From Heterodontus francisci (taxonomy: Eukaryota): a stretch of DNA of 64,000 nucleotides. The notes beneath the pieces were generated by a model that was not told the DNA's origin, searched no databases, and was given only the letters and a program-made list of their open reading frames with translations. Of the stretch, positions 1-13,689 are shown one piece after another (within the stretch, counting starts at the first letter, position 1; each line of letters begins with the position of its first letter). Both the position numbers and the translations under genes were made by a program. The stretch spans positions 31,712,201-31,776,200 of the forward strand of contig NC_090377.1 of NCBI RefSeq assembly GCF_036365525.1. The letters are read 5' to 3'.

Positions 1-839
1 ACAAGTTAGTATCTTCAATAAAAGGACCTACCTTTTGGATTCACTGATCTTGTCGAAGTGATTGGTGTGTCCACCTATAACACAAAAGGCAACACCCGCC
101 ACCTGCAGGAACTTGGAGGACGACTAGAAAATCCCAGTTGGTCTCCTTTATTTGGCCTTAAGTGGCTGTTAACAAATTTAATTGGTGTGTGCGGGTGGGT
201 AACACTGATTTCCCTGCCATCCCACCTCTGTGAAAATGGCCCAGGGACCGGATGGGGCGGGTGCTGCTATCTTTGGTATGTGCCTCCAATCCAGGCCCCA
301 GCAGGGGCTAAAAATCAAGTCAAGGTTCATTTCCCATTTGGCTATTGTTCTGTTGTTCATAGTAAGCAGTCAAAGGATGTGATAGCAGCTGCCTCCTTAC
401 ACTCTCAGCCAAAGTGCTATGAGGTCTGGAGAAGGATCCAAGAGGGGGGAATTGGGAAAAGATTCTTTGTCACTTTCAATTATGGAACTATGGTAGTAGG
501 AAGAAAATTTGAAGATAATTACGTCGTTGAGGCTTATTTTGTTTTTTTAAAATGTGGGTCTTGAATGAATGTAAAAATGAGCAATTAATATATTAACAAT
601 GTCATAAAATGTTCTAATTGTATTAACAAGCCAAGCATTAGGCTTTGAAATGCATCGATTTAACTCATTTAGTTAAACTTATTAATTGCATATTGGATTT
701 TAATTGATGAATTGAATTATGTGTTGCTGTGCCAAATATCTCATCATAATCAAATTAAAGTAACATTCTGACTCTGGTTGAGAACAGCAGTTATGACAAT
801 TTCCTTGCTTTTTATGCAGGGTAACTCGAAACCTCTTCA

Positions 840-1700
840 GCTTTGCAATACAACAAGATACAAACTGAAAATGCTGGAAAAACTCAGTAGCTCTGGCAGC
901 ATCTGTGGAGAAACAGAGTTAACATTCCAGGCAGATGACCTTTCATCAGAACTGGAAAAAGTTAAGAGATGTAACTGGTTTTAAACAAGTACAAAGGCAG
1001 GGAAAGAACAAAAGGGAAGGTCTCTGATCTGGTGTAAAGCAGGAGAGATTAACTGACAACAGGGATGATGGTGCAAGGCAAAAGTAGGTGATAATAGGAC
1101 AAGTAAAGAGACAAAAGTTGTGTCTAAAGGTATAGAGGCTGTAAAGTTATGATGAAAGATCATCGATTTGAAACATTAACTTTGTTTCTTTTCTTCACAG
1201 ATACTATCAGAGTTGCTGAGTATTACCAGCATTTTCTGTTGTTATGGGTCCAGAGGAACTGCAAATGGGAAAAGCAGAATCATCACCAACAGCTGCCATC
1301 CAAAAACAAAAAAAGCAGAAAAAGGAAAAAATGTGGGGGCAGAGGTTTATCATCTGAAATTGTTGAATTCGATGTTGAATCCGGAAGGCTGTAAGATGAG
1401 GCGCTGTTCCCCGAGTTTACGTTGAGTTTAATTGGAATGGTTTAGGAGGTCGAGGACAAAGAGGTCAGAGCAGCAGTGGAGACTTAAAATAACAGGCGAC
1501 CGGAAACTCGGGGTCATGCCTGTGGACTGAACGGAAATGTTCTGCAAAGCACTCGCCCAATCTGCATCTGGTCTCCCCAATGTAGACCGTATCATAAGCA
1601 ATGTATAAAAAGGATAGTAAATTAAAAGAAGTACAAGTAAATCGCTGTTTCACCTGGAAGGAATGTTTGGGGCTTTGGACAGTGAGAAGGGAGGTGGTAA
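840..1700 (-). mobile_element. Penelope-like element remnant (GIY-YIG endonuclease C-terminal fragment plus inverted terminal-repeat segments)
   Basis: ORF 1465..1653 contains YIGETRCRLGECFAEHFRSV..DPEFPVACYF, the PLE GIY-YIG signature. The terminal-repeat segment occurs at ~850-955 and, inverted, at ~1145-1240. Confidence 0.8.
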
Positions 1701-1977
1701 TACAGTTTTAGCTATGTGATGAAATACAAACTGTTCTCGGTGCCAGTGAAGCTCCTTAATGGTATTGCAGCGCCCTCTAATGGTAGTTAAGGCAGCAGAC
1801 AGTCCAAGTATTGTGTTAACAGTTACATGGATTATTGTGCCAATTATCAATTAACTGAAACTGTTAGCAGTATAGTCAAAATAACTTTAATTTTTTATAT
1901 GCATAAGCCTGCAAAACAGGCAGAAAAAATATATTGCCGTCTCAAATGTCTGGCTGTTTAGAATCATAGAATAGTAC

Positions 1978-2395
1978 AACAACAACTTATATTTATATAG
2001 CACCTTTAATATAATAACATGTCCCTAGGTGCTTGACAGAAGCATTATTAAAATATGACAACAAGCCACATAAGGAGATATTAGGTCAGATGACCAAAGG
2101 TTTGGTCAAAGGGGTAGGTTTTAAGGAGTGTCTTAAAGGAGGAAAGCGAGGTGGAGAGGTGTAGAGAGGGTATTCCAGAGATTGGGGGCCTGGACAACTG
2201 AAGGAACGGCCACCAATAGTGGAGCAATTAAAATTAGGGATGCACAAGAGAACAGAATTACTGGAGCACAGATATTTCAAAGGATTGTGGGGCTGTAGGA
2301 GATTATAGAGATAGAGAGGGACGACGCCATGGAGGGATTGAAAACAAGGATGAGAATTTCAAAATCAACATGTTGCTTGACCGGGAGCAGTACAG
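1978..2395 (-). mobile_element. L2 LINE 3' fragment
   Basis: Begins with (aac)n-ttatatttatatagcacctttaa, the reverse complement of the L2 tail. The same sequence recurs at ~8515, ~48240 and ~61338. Confidence 0.75.
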
Positions 2396-2724
2396 CATGG
2401 AGTGAGGCCATTCCACCTATTGAGTATGCACTGGCTCTTTAGAAGAAAAATCCAGTTAGTCCCACTTTCCATTTCTTTAAAGGTATTCAGATTTATACAA
2501 GTAATATCTTTCTTTGACAGAAGCAGTGCCTGGGAATCATAGCCAACAATATTATTGTACAAATTCTTAAAGTATTCATATCAACTATATCTCTCCGTAA
2601 TTTACCAGAGGCATTAATCTATTTATTTTAAAATAGCTTTCAAATAGGAGAGGGATGAAGTCGATACTAGCGAGTTAAGCTTTTCTACAATAAAAAGGGG
2701 AGATGAGGAGTAATTTTTTCCATA

Positions 2725-3712
2725 GTGTTGTGTTATTGTTTTTTAACACAAACATACCAAACACTATGGTGATGATTGGTAAGCTAAACGCAGGGTTCGT
2801 TATTACAGATTAACGGAATTACAGAAGAGCTCTTCAATATACGTGCTACTTGCTGACTAACACTGCGCCAACTACTGTTTCACATGCTAGCTTGCATCAC
2901 TTCCTGTGATGATGTAAACCAAACTATTTACATATTCGGTAGTATGTAAGCTAGTACTCAGGCAGTTAAAGCTATATCACAATATTCCCCCTTCCCTTAA
3001 ATAGAAAGCTAGATAAGTTGTAAGCTGTGCACATAATGAAATAGGATAATTGTGAACAGTATTTACACATGTATGGACTCTGTATGGACTCTCCTATTAC
3101 TTATTCAAGCGTCTCTGAAATGTGGTCTGCTGACTCGACCTGATCTGGTAACAATGAACTTTGCTGAGATCTGGAATTGTCAACTCTTTTCCCTTGACTC
3201 ATAGGTTTAGACTGTCAATTATCTTGTACTTGACTGTTGTACATGTCATCTTCCTTAACTCCACTCTCAGAACTTGAATGTGAGCGTGTTCTTCACACTA
3301 CAGGAGTGTCAGGTATGATGCTGTTGGATAACCCTCTCAGTTGACATCTATTCTTCCTCAATGTCGCTCCATTCAGGGTGGTTACCTCGTGGCCGAAGCT
3401 TATTACGGATCTTTGACACTTCTGCAGGGAACCATGTCTTCTCTTGCGAGTGGATCACTCTGAACTTCTGTCCAATCTGCAGAGGAGATATTTGTCATAT
3501 ATGATTTTCATTTTCTCTTGTCTTACCAATACTTTATCTTTGCCTGACAGCAATCTGACCAGATGATGACTTGGAAGAGTTGCCCTGACTTGCCTTCTGA
3601 ACATGATCTCTGCTGGGGGTGGTAATCCCATATCTAGTGGCGTTGCTCATAGGTGCAACATTGCTATTTGAATGTCTTGATTAGTCTTCTTACATTTCCA
3701 GGTTAGTAACAT
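2725..3712 (-). mobile_element. Gypsy LTR retrotransposon 3' remnant (integrase C-terminus, PPT, 3' LTR)
   Basis: Minus-strand translation gives ATPLDMGLPPPAEIMFRRQVRATLP, EVTTLNGATLRKNRCQLR and IVTRSGRVSRP. A polypurine tract (aagggaaggggg, + strand ~2986-2998) precedes a putative LTR at ~2727-2982. Confidence 0.75.
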
Positions 3713-4518
3713 TACTGCATTCATCCTACAGATTTGGAATGAAAAAGAACTCCCCACTTCAGGAATGTGACAGTTGTAACTATCTTCAAGAAGGGAGCTA
3801 AATCATGCTGTGGAAACTAGAAAGGTATTTCCCTCTTGTCCATAGCAGGGAAAGTCCTGACACCCATTCTCCTGAATTGCCTACCTCCTGTGGCTGAGGA
3901 AATCCTCCCCGTGACACTGTGGCTTTAGACCTTCCAGAGGAACTTTTGACATGCCAGACAAATCCAAGAAAAATGTCGAGAACAACGCCACTGCATTCAT
4001 CAACCAGACCAAAGCATTTGACTCAGTAAATCATGAGGCTCTGTGGATTGTGCTCCAAAGATTTGGTTGTCCAAGAAACTTCATCACAATCCCGCAATTG
4101 CTCCATGATGATATGACTGCAACTGTCTTGAGTGGGAGATCTGAAACAGACGCTTTCAAATCCGGACTGGGGTCAAGCAAGGCTATGTGACAGCCGCCAT
4201 ACTATTTACAATCTACCTGACAGTGGCTATTCGTTTCATCAAAGATCAGCTGCTCTCTGGTGTAAGTATTAAATACCGCCTAGATGGAAAACTCTTTAAC
4301 CTCAGTCGCCTCCGTGTCAAAACTAAACTGACTACCATAGACATACATGATCTACAGTTTGCCGATGACTGCAGTGTCGTTGCCCACTCTGCACCAGATT
4401 TACAAGTCACTCTCGATCTCTTCAATTCTGCATACAAGAGACTCGGCCTGTCCTTGAATGTTGTCAAACAAAACTCGTATGTCAATACACACCTGGTCAG
4501 CCAAATATTCCACCTCCT

Positions 4519-5058
4519 GGGCTGGATTTTGTGCTGGAGGCAGAGCTCCTGGCATTGAGCCAAAAAGGCGAGGGGATCCTCTGTCTACCCTCCTCCCCTC
4601 CCCCCCCACCTCCGGAGTGATCGTCCAGTCTTTTGTTGCCAAAGTTTTAGGAGATTGGATTCCCCTCCCTTTAAAGACTTGGTGAGACGGGGTCGCTGCA
4701 GCCAGTCTGGAAGGCCCCAGCAAAGGGGGGTGGTCTTGTTCCAGGAGCCATAAATTGCCCACAAAGGAGGGATCCCCCCAAGCCTGCTGGGAGGGTGCCT
4801 CCCCGTGTGGCAGAGGTCCCTACTGCCGCTGTAAGATCCCAGTGGCGCAAGAAGAGGCTCTTTATTGGCCCTTAATAGGCCGCTTAAGGGCCTCAATTTG
4901 CCTCTGGATGGGAAGGCCGTTGTTGGCCTATCCCATCCCTGGGAAGATCACTGGACGATGGAGAGACGATGGGCCCTCCATCCCACTGCCTTCCCTGCCA
5001 TCCGCCATGATACTCTGTGCACCCCACCCCCCCCCGCCCCCCACCTCCAATCCTGCCT
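4519..5058. mobile_element. GC-rich non-autonomous Harbinger-type element
   Basis: Ends GGGCTGGATTTT ... AATCCTGCCT resemble the GGGCTGAATTTTA TIR family in this window. Related interiors occur at ~11440-12015 and ~35860-36360. Confidence 0.5.
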
Positions 5059-5284
5059 CTTAAATCTTAAATCTTACAATTAATCATGAGTCTTGGATGA
5101 CATAAAATGTGATCAATGGAAAATTAATAAACAAACGAAGTCAATTAAACAGTACTGATTATAAGAAAAGACAAATTACAAGAGGTACTTGATAAGGTAA
5201 ATCAGGTAAATTCGGAGAATGGATTGAAAATAAATATTGATCAGATGGCTGAAATAACTAAATGGAAAGCAATTACAATAGTAA

Positions 5285-5795
5285 GAGAAGCAAAAGCAAC
5301 ATGAGGAAAAACTTTTTCACGCAGCGAGTGGTTAAGGTTTGGAATGTGTGCCAGAGAGTGTGGTGGAGGCAGGTTCAAAAGAAGCATTCAAAAGGGAATT
5401 AGACTGTTATATGAAAATGAAGAATGTGCAGGGTTATGAAGAGAAAGCGGGGGAGTGGCAGTAAATAAATTGCTCTTTCGGAGAGCCGGTGCAGACATGA
5501 TGGGCTGAATGGCCTCCTTCTGCGCTGTAACAATTCTGTGATTCTGTTATATACTGAAGGAAGACACTGGAATATGTTGAGCACTTCCCATATGAACATA
5601 TGAACATAGGAATTAGGAGCAAGAGTAGGCCACTTGGCCCTTGAGTCTGCTCTGACATTCAATAAGATCATGGCTGACCTGATTGTAACCTCGACTCCAC
5701 ATTCCTGCCTACCCCCGCTAACCTTTCACCCCCTTGCTTAACAAGAATCTATCTACCCCTGCCTTAAAATATCTAAAGATATGCTTCCACTGCCT
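5285..5795. mobile_element. Two CR1 3'-end fragments (+ at ~5285-5550, - at ~5595-5795)
   Basis: CR1 C-terminal FFTQRVV..WN motif followed by the gggctgaatggcctcct 3' UTR. The second piece is the reverse complement of a CR1 3' UTR. Confidence 0.7.
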
Positions 5796-6659
5796 TCATA
5801 CAAATATCTTGACAGCCACCTCTCTCAAAAGGCCACCATTGACGAAGAGATCCAACACTGGATCAGTTGCGCCAGCTCAGCCTTCTACAAACTATGGCTG
5901 TGAGTGTTTGACAACAAAGATCTCTGCAAGTCAACAAAAGTCCTGGTGTACAGAGCAGTTGTCATCACCACACTCCTGTACTGTAGTGAGACCTGGACTG
6001 TGTATCAGCGACACATGAGAATGCTAGAGAAATTCCATCAGCAACGCCTCTACCGCATCCTCCAGATTCAATGGGAGGACTGTCGAACAAATGCTTGTGT
6101 CCTTCCTGAAGCCAGCTCCACAAGCATTCTGGCAAAACCCTTGCAAAATCAGCTTTGATGGACTGGACACTGTATCCAGATGGCCGAAAACAGTCTCCCC
6201 CACCGTGCTGTTTTCTCAACAAAGAAAATGCTTCAAAGACAGTCTGAAGCTCCCTTTGAACCACGGCAGCATTGGCATTGATGGCTGGGAGGAGCTTGCC
6301 ACTAATTGTTCAAAATGATGACAACTTGTCCATCAAGCTGAATCATGCTTTGAGTCTAAACGCCTTAATGATGAGGCAGAGCAGCGGCAGAGGAGAGAAA
6401 AGGAAGCAGATCCTGCACTCTGGATCCCACTACCTTGTGGGACATCTTGCCCCATTGCCCAAAGACCTGTAAGTCGAGAATCGGCCTGTTCAGTCACATG
6501 AAGACCCATGGCAGAAACTCGTGACCCTGAGTAGATATCATCCTCGAATTGAGGGACAGCTGACGATGACTTGGTGAACTCTTTTTTTATTCTTGTCACT
6601 AGTCGGCATCTATGTCTTCTTGAGCTGTGGCCTGTTGTGGCTTCTGACCACTGCCAATG

Positions 6660-7720
6660 GATCAAGTGTCATTTAGGGGACAGTGATCATTGTATCATAA
6701 GGTTTAGGTTGACTATGGAAAAGGACAATCTAGAGTAAGACAAATTAACAGGGGACAAGCCAACTTCAATGGGATAAGAATGGATTTGGGCCAGATATAT
6801 TGGAATCAAATGTCAGCAGGAAAAATGGTACCTGAATGAAGGACTACCTTCAAAGAAGAGATATTTTGGACACAGTCAAGCTAAATTTCCATAAAAGGGA
6901 AAGGCAGATGAAATTCAATGCAGAGAAATTTGAGCGATTCATTTTGATGGGAAGAACATGGAGAAACAATATAAAATAAAGAGTACAATTCTAAAGGGGG
7001 TGCAGGAGCAGAGGGACCTGGGTGTATATGTGCATGTCATTGACGGTGGCAGGACAGGTTGAGATAGTGGTTAATAATGCATACAGTATTCTGTTTTATT
7101 AATAGGGGCAAAGCGTACAAGAGCAAGGAGGTTATGTTGAACTTATATAAGACACTAGTTCGGTCTCAGCTGGAGTATTCCATCTAGTTCTGGACAGAGC
7201 ATTTAAGGAAAGATGTGAAGGCGTTGGAGAGAGTGCAGAAAAGATTCATGAGAATGGTTCCAGGGATGACAAACTTCATTTACGAAGATAGATTGGAGAA
7301 GTTGGGACTGTTTTCCTTGGAGAAGAGAAGGCTGAGAGGTGATTTGATAGAGGTATTCAAAATCATGAGGGGTCTGGACAAAATAGATGGAGAGAAACTG
7401 TTCCCACTCGTGAAAGGATCAAGAATGAGATGGCACAGATTTAAGGTAATTGGCAAAAGAAGCAATAGCGACATGAGGAGAAATCTTTTCATGCAGCGAG
7501 TGGTTAGGATCTGGAATGCATTGTCAGAGAGTATGGTAGAGGCAGGTTCAACTGAGGTATTCAAAAGGGAATAAGATAGTTATCTGAAAAGGAAAAATTG
7601 TATAGGGTTATGGGGAGAAGGTAGGGAGGGGCACTGGGTAAATTCCTCACTTGGAGAGCTGGTGCAGACATGATGGACCGAATGGCCTCCTCTGTGCTGT
7701 AACAATTCTGTTTCTGTGAA
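6660..7720 (+). mobile_element. CR1 LINE fragment (internally deleted) with 3' UTR
   Basis: ORF 7215..7574 contains LERVQKRFMRMVPG..YEDRLEKLGLFSLEKRRLRGDLIEVFK. Confidence 0.85.
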
Positions 7721-7756
7721 CCTGTCTCAGCAGCACCCACCTCTCCCAGTGGGACT

Positions 7757-8148
7757 TTTTTTTAATATTCTTTCATGGGATGTGGTCGTCGCAGGCCAGG
7801 CCAGCATTTATTGCCCATCCCTAATTGCCCTTGAACTGAGTGGCTTGCTAGGCCATTTCAAGGGCATGTAAGAGTCAACCACATTGCTGTGGATCTGGAG
7901 TCACATGTAGGCCAGACCAGGTAAGGACAGCAGGATTTCCTTCCCTAAAGGACATTAGTGATCCAGATGGGTTTTTACAACAATTGACAATGGTTTCATG
8001 GCCATCATTAGACTAGCTTTTTAATTCCAGATTTATTAATTGAATTTAAATTCCACTTTCTGCTGTGGTGGGATTCGAACCCATGTCCCCAGAGCAATAC
8101 ACTGGGTCTCTGGGTTACTAGTCCAGTGACAATACCACTACACCACCA
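7757..8148 (-). mobile_element. tRNA-derived SINE (CORE-like) with a LINE-derived 3' tail
   Basis: The minus strand starts with tRNA-like boxes (GGTGTAGTGGTA...GGGTTCGAATCCC) and ends atcccatgaaagaata(a)n. A second copy lies at ~21742-22925. Confidence 0.75.
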
Positions 8149-8511
8149 CCCTCTGATTGGGCCAGCAGCATCAGAAGCCCACCTGACATCCTTAATTGGA
8201 CGGCAGCCTCGCAGGGGGCCAATTAGGAGATTGCCATGCCACTCCCTCTGCAGGCAAGTGCCGGCTGGCGGTTCCCATCCTGTAGCCTGCAGTAAAATTC
8301 ATCCCAATGTCTGCATAATTCATATTTGGATAGAAAATTTTGGCTCAGCTCAGCTCATCATAGAGCAAGGCAATAGTTGCATATCGGTGCCGCTCCATAG
8401 TTTGTCATTTACCATGTGTGGAGGAAGACCAGAGAGAAATGGCAGCTGCATGCATCTGATTAGTTCAAAGGTCAGACTTTCTGATTGTGACTGTCTTATT
8501 GTGTAACAACC

Positions 8512-9490
8512 AACAACAATAACAACTTGTAATTAAATAGCACCTTTAACATAATAAAGTGTCCCAAGACACTTCACAGGAGCATTATAAAGCAAAATTT
8601 GATACCAAGTCACATAAGAAGATATTAGGGCAAGTGGCCAAAAGCTGGACCAAAGAGATAGGTTTTAAAAAGCGTCTTAAAGAAGGAAAGAGGGGAAGAG
8701 AGGTGGAAGAGAGTTTTAATGAGAGATTTTCATAGCTGAGGGTCTTGGCAGCTGAATGCATGCTAACCAATGGTACAGCGATTAAAATCTGGGATTCTTA
8801 AAAGACTAGAATTGGAACAATGCAGATATCTCGGAGGGCAGTGGGACTGGAAGAGATTATAGAGATAGGGAGAGGCGAGGCCATGGAGGGATTTGAAAAC
8901 AAAGATAAGAATTTTGAAATCGAGGAGTTACTTAATTGGGAACCCAGTCAGCGAGCATAGGGGTGAGAAGGGAAAGGGACTTAGTGCGAATAAGATATGG
9001 ACAACAGAGTTTTGGATGACCTCAAGTTTACAGAGGGTCGAATGTGGGAGGACAGCCAGGAGTGTGTTGGAGTAATCAAGTCTAGAGGTAAGAAAGTCAT
9101 GGATGAGGGTTTCAACAGCAGGGGCAGAATCGAGCGATGTGGAAATTGGTGGTCTTAATGACGCTGTGGATATGTAGTCAGAAGCTCATCTTGGGGTCAA
9201 ATATGACACCAAGGTTGTGAATGGTCTGGATCAGCCTCAGACCATGGCCAGCGACAGGGATGGAGTTGGGAACTCGAGAATTGAATTTGTAATGGGGACT
9301 GAAGGCAATGGCTTCGCTCTTGCCAATATTTAACTGGAGGAAATTACTGCCCCTCCAGTACTGGTTGTCAGATTGGTAGTCTGATAATTTAGAGGCAGTG
9401 GAGGGGTTGGGAGAGTGGTGCTGAGATAGAGCTGGATGTCATCAGCATACATGTGGAAACTCATGCTGTGTTTTTGGATGACGTTGCCAA
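8512..9490 (-). mobile_element. L2 LINE 3' portion
   Basis: Starts with the L2 tail. The reverse complement near 9430-9455 encodes the RT motif HMYADD. Confidence 0.8.
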
Positions 9491-9499
9491 GGTTTCTAA

Positions 9500-10965
9500 G
9501 GTTCTAGCAGGATCTCTGCTTTTATATTTTATTCCTTCATTTATAAACCCAAGTAACCCGTATGTTTGTTTAATCACCTTATCAACTTGCCCTGCCATCT
9601 TTGAGGATTTGTGTGTATGGACACTAGGGTCTCTGTGCTCATATACACTTTTCAAAACTTTACATATACCTCCCAAAGTGCACTACTTCACAATTCTCTG
9701 TATCAAATTCCATCTGCCATGCTTCTCCCATTTCACTATTTATGTCATCCTGAAGCCACTATTTACTATTTTGTCAAGTCATATCATCTGCAAAATTTAT
9801 AATCTAGGTTTATATAAATTGAAAGGAGTAATGAATTCAGAACTGACCCTTGGGGAAAACCACTGCAAACCACCTCCCAGTCTGAAAAAATCCAACCACC
9901 ACCAACCTTTTCTTCCTGTCACTGAGTAAATTTTATATCCATACCACAACTTTCTTCATGATCCATGGACTTCCATCTTCTCAACAAGACTCCTATATGG
10001 CTATTTGCTGAATGCCTTCTGAAAGTCCATGCAAAATGTATTGCACTATCTTGATCAACCTTCTCTATTACCTGATCAAATAATTCAATCAAGTTTCTCA
10101 GACATGAGTTGCATTTAACAAATCCATGCCTTTCCAAATGAAAGTGTATTTTGTTTCTGATAATTGTTTCCAACAACTTCTCCACCACCGAAGTTAAGCC
10201 GACAGATTCCTGGTTTATCCATTCCCCTTTCTTGAACAGTAGTACAGCATTAGCAACCCTCTAGTCCTCCAGCACTATTCTTGTATCCAATGAGGATTAA
10301 AAGATTGTGACCAATGCCTCTGCTGTTTCTACATTTACTTCTTTCAGCAGCCTAGGCTACCTTCAATCTGGAGCAGGTGACCTACCAACTTTTAGTAATA
10401 ATAATCTTTTTAGTGTGTCTTCTCTATCACTATCCTGTTGATAATTTTCCTCTCCTGACATCATCGGCTTTTTTTGTGAAGACAGATACAAAGTACACAC
10501 ATAATAATTTAGTCATGTCCTCTGCCTCTGCATGACCTTTTCCTTTCAGATCCTTAATAGGCACAACTTTTTCCTAGGTATCCGCTAATACTTTATATGT
10601 TTCTAAACTGTTTTAGGGCTCAAGTTAATGTCATAACCTTTTCTCACAATCTGTCTTTGCCACCTGTATTGACTTTTTCAATTCCATCATGTACTTTCTA
10701 TAATCGTTCTGGTAATTAATTGAATTCCGCTCCTGATATTTGTCATATGCCTCTATTTTTTGTTTTATTTTGATTTTGCTTTGTCATCCAGGGTGCATTG
10801 GTTTGGATGCACCTTTCCCCTTATAAGAAATATGCTTAGTTTGTACCTCAGCTATTTCTTCCTTGAATGCCCTCCCATGCACTTTCACTGCTTCATCCTG
10901 CAATTGTCTTTCCAATCGGCCTGTGCTAGATCCTTTCTAAAATCACTGAAATTAGCTCTTCCATA
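9500..10965 (-). mobile_element. Old CR1 LINE fragments
   Basis: ORF 9919..10188 contains KLLETIIRNKI..HGFVK..SCLRNLIELFD. ORF 9461..9676 contains QVDKVIKQTYGLLGFI..IKYKS. Confidence 0.75.
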
Positions 10966-11439
10966 TACCTTCGATATTTTCTGGTAAATAAGACCTGCCA
11001 GGTTTCCTGAGGAGCAGAAAACTTGGTTGAAAATAAAAATCCTGTAAAATCAAGCTGCGCAATGTCCTTAAAAGCTTTTACCGACAAGCCCACCTCCTGA
11101 GAGTTGATTGGTCACCTGCCGTTTCCCACCCTCCCTCTCACCTGCCTTCTTCCGTTAAAACCGGAAGTGGGCGGGTTGAGTTCATGCTTGAAATTTTAAC
11201 TTCTCATCTAACCCATTCTCAGGGGTTAAAATTATCCTCACCCCTCCTTTCCTGAGAGGCCCAGGCTGCAGCTGCTCCTCCTCCTCTTTCAAACCTTGCT
11301 CAACTCAGAAGAGCAAGAATTGGTGCTGTAATAAGTAGAGAAAGTTGACTAAAATGTTGTAAGGAAACCGTGTAGGAGCCACAATCTGAAAGATGAAAAA
11401 ATTCCTGCAAAACCATCCTCCACGCTAATGAGCTGCAGC

Positions 11440-12015
11440 GTAAAATGAGGAAGGAAGGCAGAGTATGAAGTGCCCATTACCTTCCCGATGCCATGGAATT
11501 TTACCAGGGGCAGGGAAGGTTAAGGACTGTCCTCCTGGCCAGAGGCCAATTAAGGCCCTTGAGTGGCCAATTAAGAGCCACTTAATGGCCTCTTCCCACT
11601 GCCTCAGGCATTTAACTAGCAGTGGGTGGGCCCTTCGCCATGTGGGGAGTTCGCCCAATAAAACTAGGCAGCCTCCCTGTAGGCTTGGGAGGCAATACTC
11701 CTAATTGGACACTCTGTGGCTCACGGAGGGGGGCCTCCCTGTGGCAAGGGCCACCCCCGCGGAAACACAAACCCTGCTCTCACCAATCTCTCCCAGCCCG
11801 CAGTTATCTTCTTGGCAGGCCAGCATCCATGTTGACAGCTGCAATCCCAGCAGTGGCCACCATTCCCACAGCAGGTTCCTGTCTCTAAAGTAATGGGAGA
11901 CCTGGTGCCAGGCAGTTAAATGTGGCCGCAGTCCCCCAAATGACCGAGGTAAGATTGCCCACAGTTTTCTGCCCCGGCATCGGGAACCCCATCACTCCAA
12001 CAAAATCCTGCCCAA
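11440..12015. mobile_element. Non-autonomous Harbinger-type element fragment
   Basis: Ends in aaaatcctgccc. The interior (ggcccttgagtggccaattaa) is shared with the element at 4519-5058. Confidence 0.45.
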
Positions 12016-13689
12016 TGTCACAACATCACCTTAGCACGAGGTAAGACCCATCTCACTTTTTGTAAATTACTTAATTAACGTTTTCATAGAGACTATGTTG
12101 GACATCTTGTTTACTCAACCAGTCAATCTGACATTATCATTTATTTGCTTATGTGTTATTTCGTCAGGTTTGCTCATTGGATAAATATTAGATACAATTG
12201 GTTTCTGGCATGGATACAAACAAAAAGAAACCGAGTCAGTAGCAATGAATAGCTTTTAGTAAAGATAAAATAGGTTACTAAGAATCACTGTTAAATTTTT
12301 TAAAAAGCATCAATATTAGATTTAAGCAAAGATGTACCAGTCTTTTACCAGACGGAGTCTACAGTTTAAGCTGCCTGCTTCCTAATGAATGGAAGAGAAC
12401 AAGTTTATATTTATTGCTAAAATTACTTTATTTTTAGGTGAGTGTAAAAACCCTGAGCATTGCACGACACTCAAAGACGTTAAAGAAATACAAAATAAAT
12501 CATGTTTTTTTATTCTGAACAAACTTTAGGAATTTTTCACTTCATAATTACATGAAGCACTCACATAAATGCATGCACCTTCCTTTTCAGCAGTACACTG
12601 GAGCACTCCATTTGCATTCATTTTTGTCTGGCACAGTATTTTCAGGAGAAAATGTTGCATTTGCCCACAATAGGAAATCAGACACATTGCTGCCAATCGA
12701 AGATCTGTGCTAGCAGCAAGCGAGAGAAATGTCAGGACAAGGCTTTCTGGACGCATTATAAACAAGGTAAGAGGTTGCTAGTCATGGTGCCATGTTCTTT
12801 GCATTTTCTATACAAAGAAAACACTTTTATTTATATAGCACCTTTCACATGCTCGTGACATCCAAAGTGCTTTACGGCCCCTGAATTATTTTTGAAGTGT
12901 AGTCACTGTTATTATGTAGACAGAAGTTCTGTTTCTTTTAAATGTTGCTTTCAAAAATTGTTCTCTCTAAGGTTGGATACCAGATGATCTCAGATAACAG
13001 AAGAGCCTGATCTTCTGAAATTTTAAGACTGGTTTTGGCTCTTCAATTCACCCTCATGTATTATTTTCCTTATCGTAGATTTAAGATTTTGAAAGGGGAA
13101 CAGAATGGAGAGACAAATATCCATCATTAACTTGGATTTCTGGCTGAGCTCTTGCACCTTTTGAGCTCTTGCATCTTTGCAAGGGTATTTCTTCTCATAG
13201 TGAGCTACACAGTTATTTGGTACATATTGTGCTGCAGTCTCTTGCAATAAATTATACATTTCAAATAGGGCAACAGAGGGTCATGTCTGAGCAGAAATTC
13301 CTGAGATATGGAAGAAGTTATCTACTTATATTTCCTGATCACCTGCTGACCTGAAGGATCAGAAAAAGCTAATTTTAGTAGTGCTTTCAGCAAAATAATG
13401 GATCCGAATGTAGCATTTTACTACAGGTCCTCATGTCACTCCATACATATTTATGTTCCATATGAAAACCAATATATGGAGAATGAGGGACACAATGGAG
13501 AAAAGCAATTCTGAGGCAAATGCAAGGACTGCAACCAGCCTATTCAAGTACAGAATCGAAAGCTCTATGACAGTACAGAAGGCTGATGTAACCGTCAGAA
13601 AAACAAAGGATAATTAGTTTAAATGGAGCCAACAAATCATTAGCACAGTTTTGCTAATTCAAATTTGTGTTGGCCTGCTCACTATGAGA

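Larger units (their letters stand above)
3712..6555 (+). mobile_element. Degenerate RTE-clade LINE interrupted by nested insertions
   Basis: RT motifs TKAFDSVNHEALW and DLQFADDC, then NKDLCKSTKVLVYRAVVITTLLYCSETW. It is interrupted at ~4519-5800. Confidence 0.8.

Noticed and set aside
58-564. 168-aa ORF
   Set aside because: Non-ATG start, no recognisable domain, and it overlaps repeat-like sequence.
12590-12772. Possible host exon (ttttcag acceptor, AAG/GTAAGA donor)
   Set aside because: No recognisable protein in any frame and no partner exons. It could be non-coding, but I cannot support it.
13023-13259. Possible ancient hAT/GTF2IRD2-like zinc-finger remnant (..HYEKKY..RAQKVQEL)
   Set aside because: The resemblance is weak and key Cys/His residues are missing. 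It would need an HMM search.
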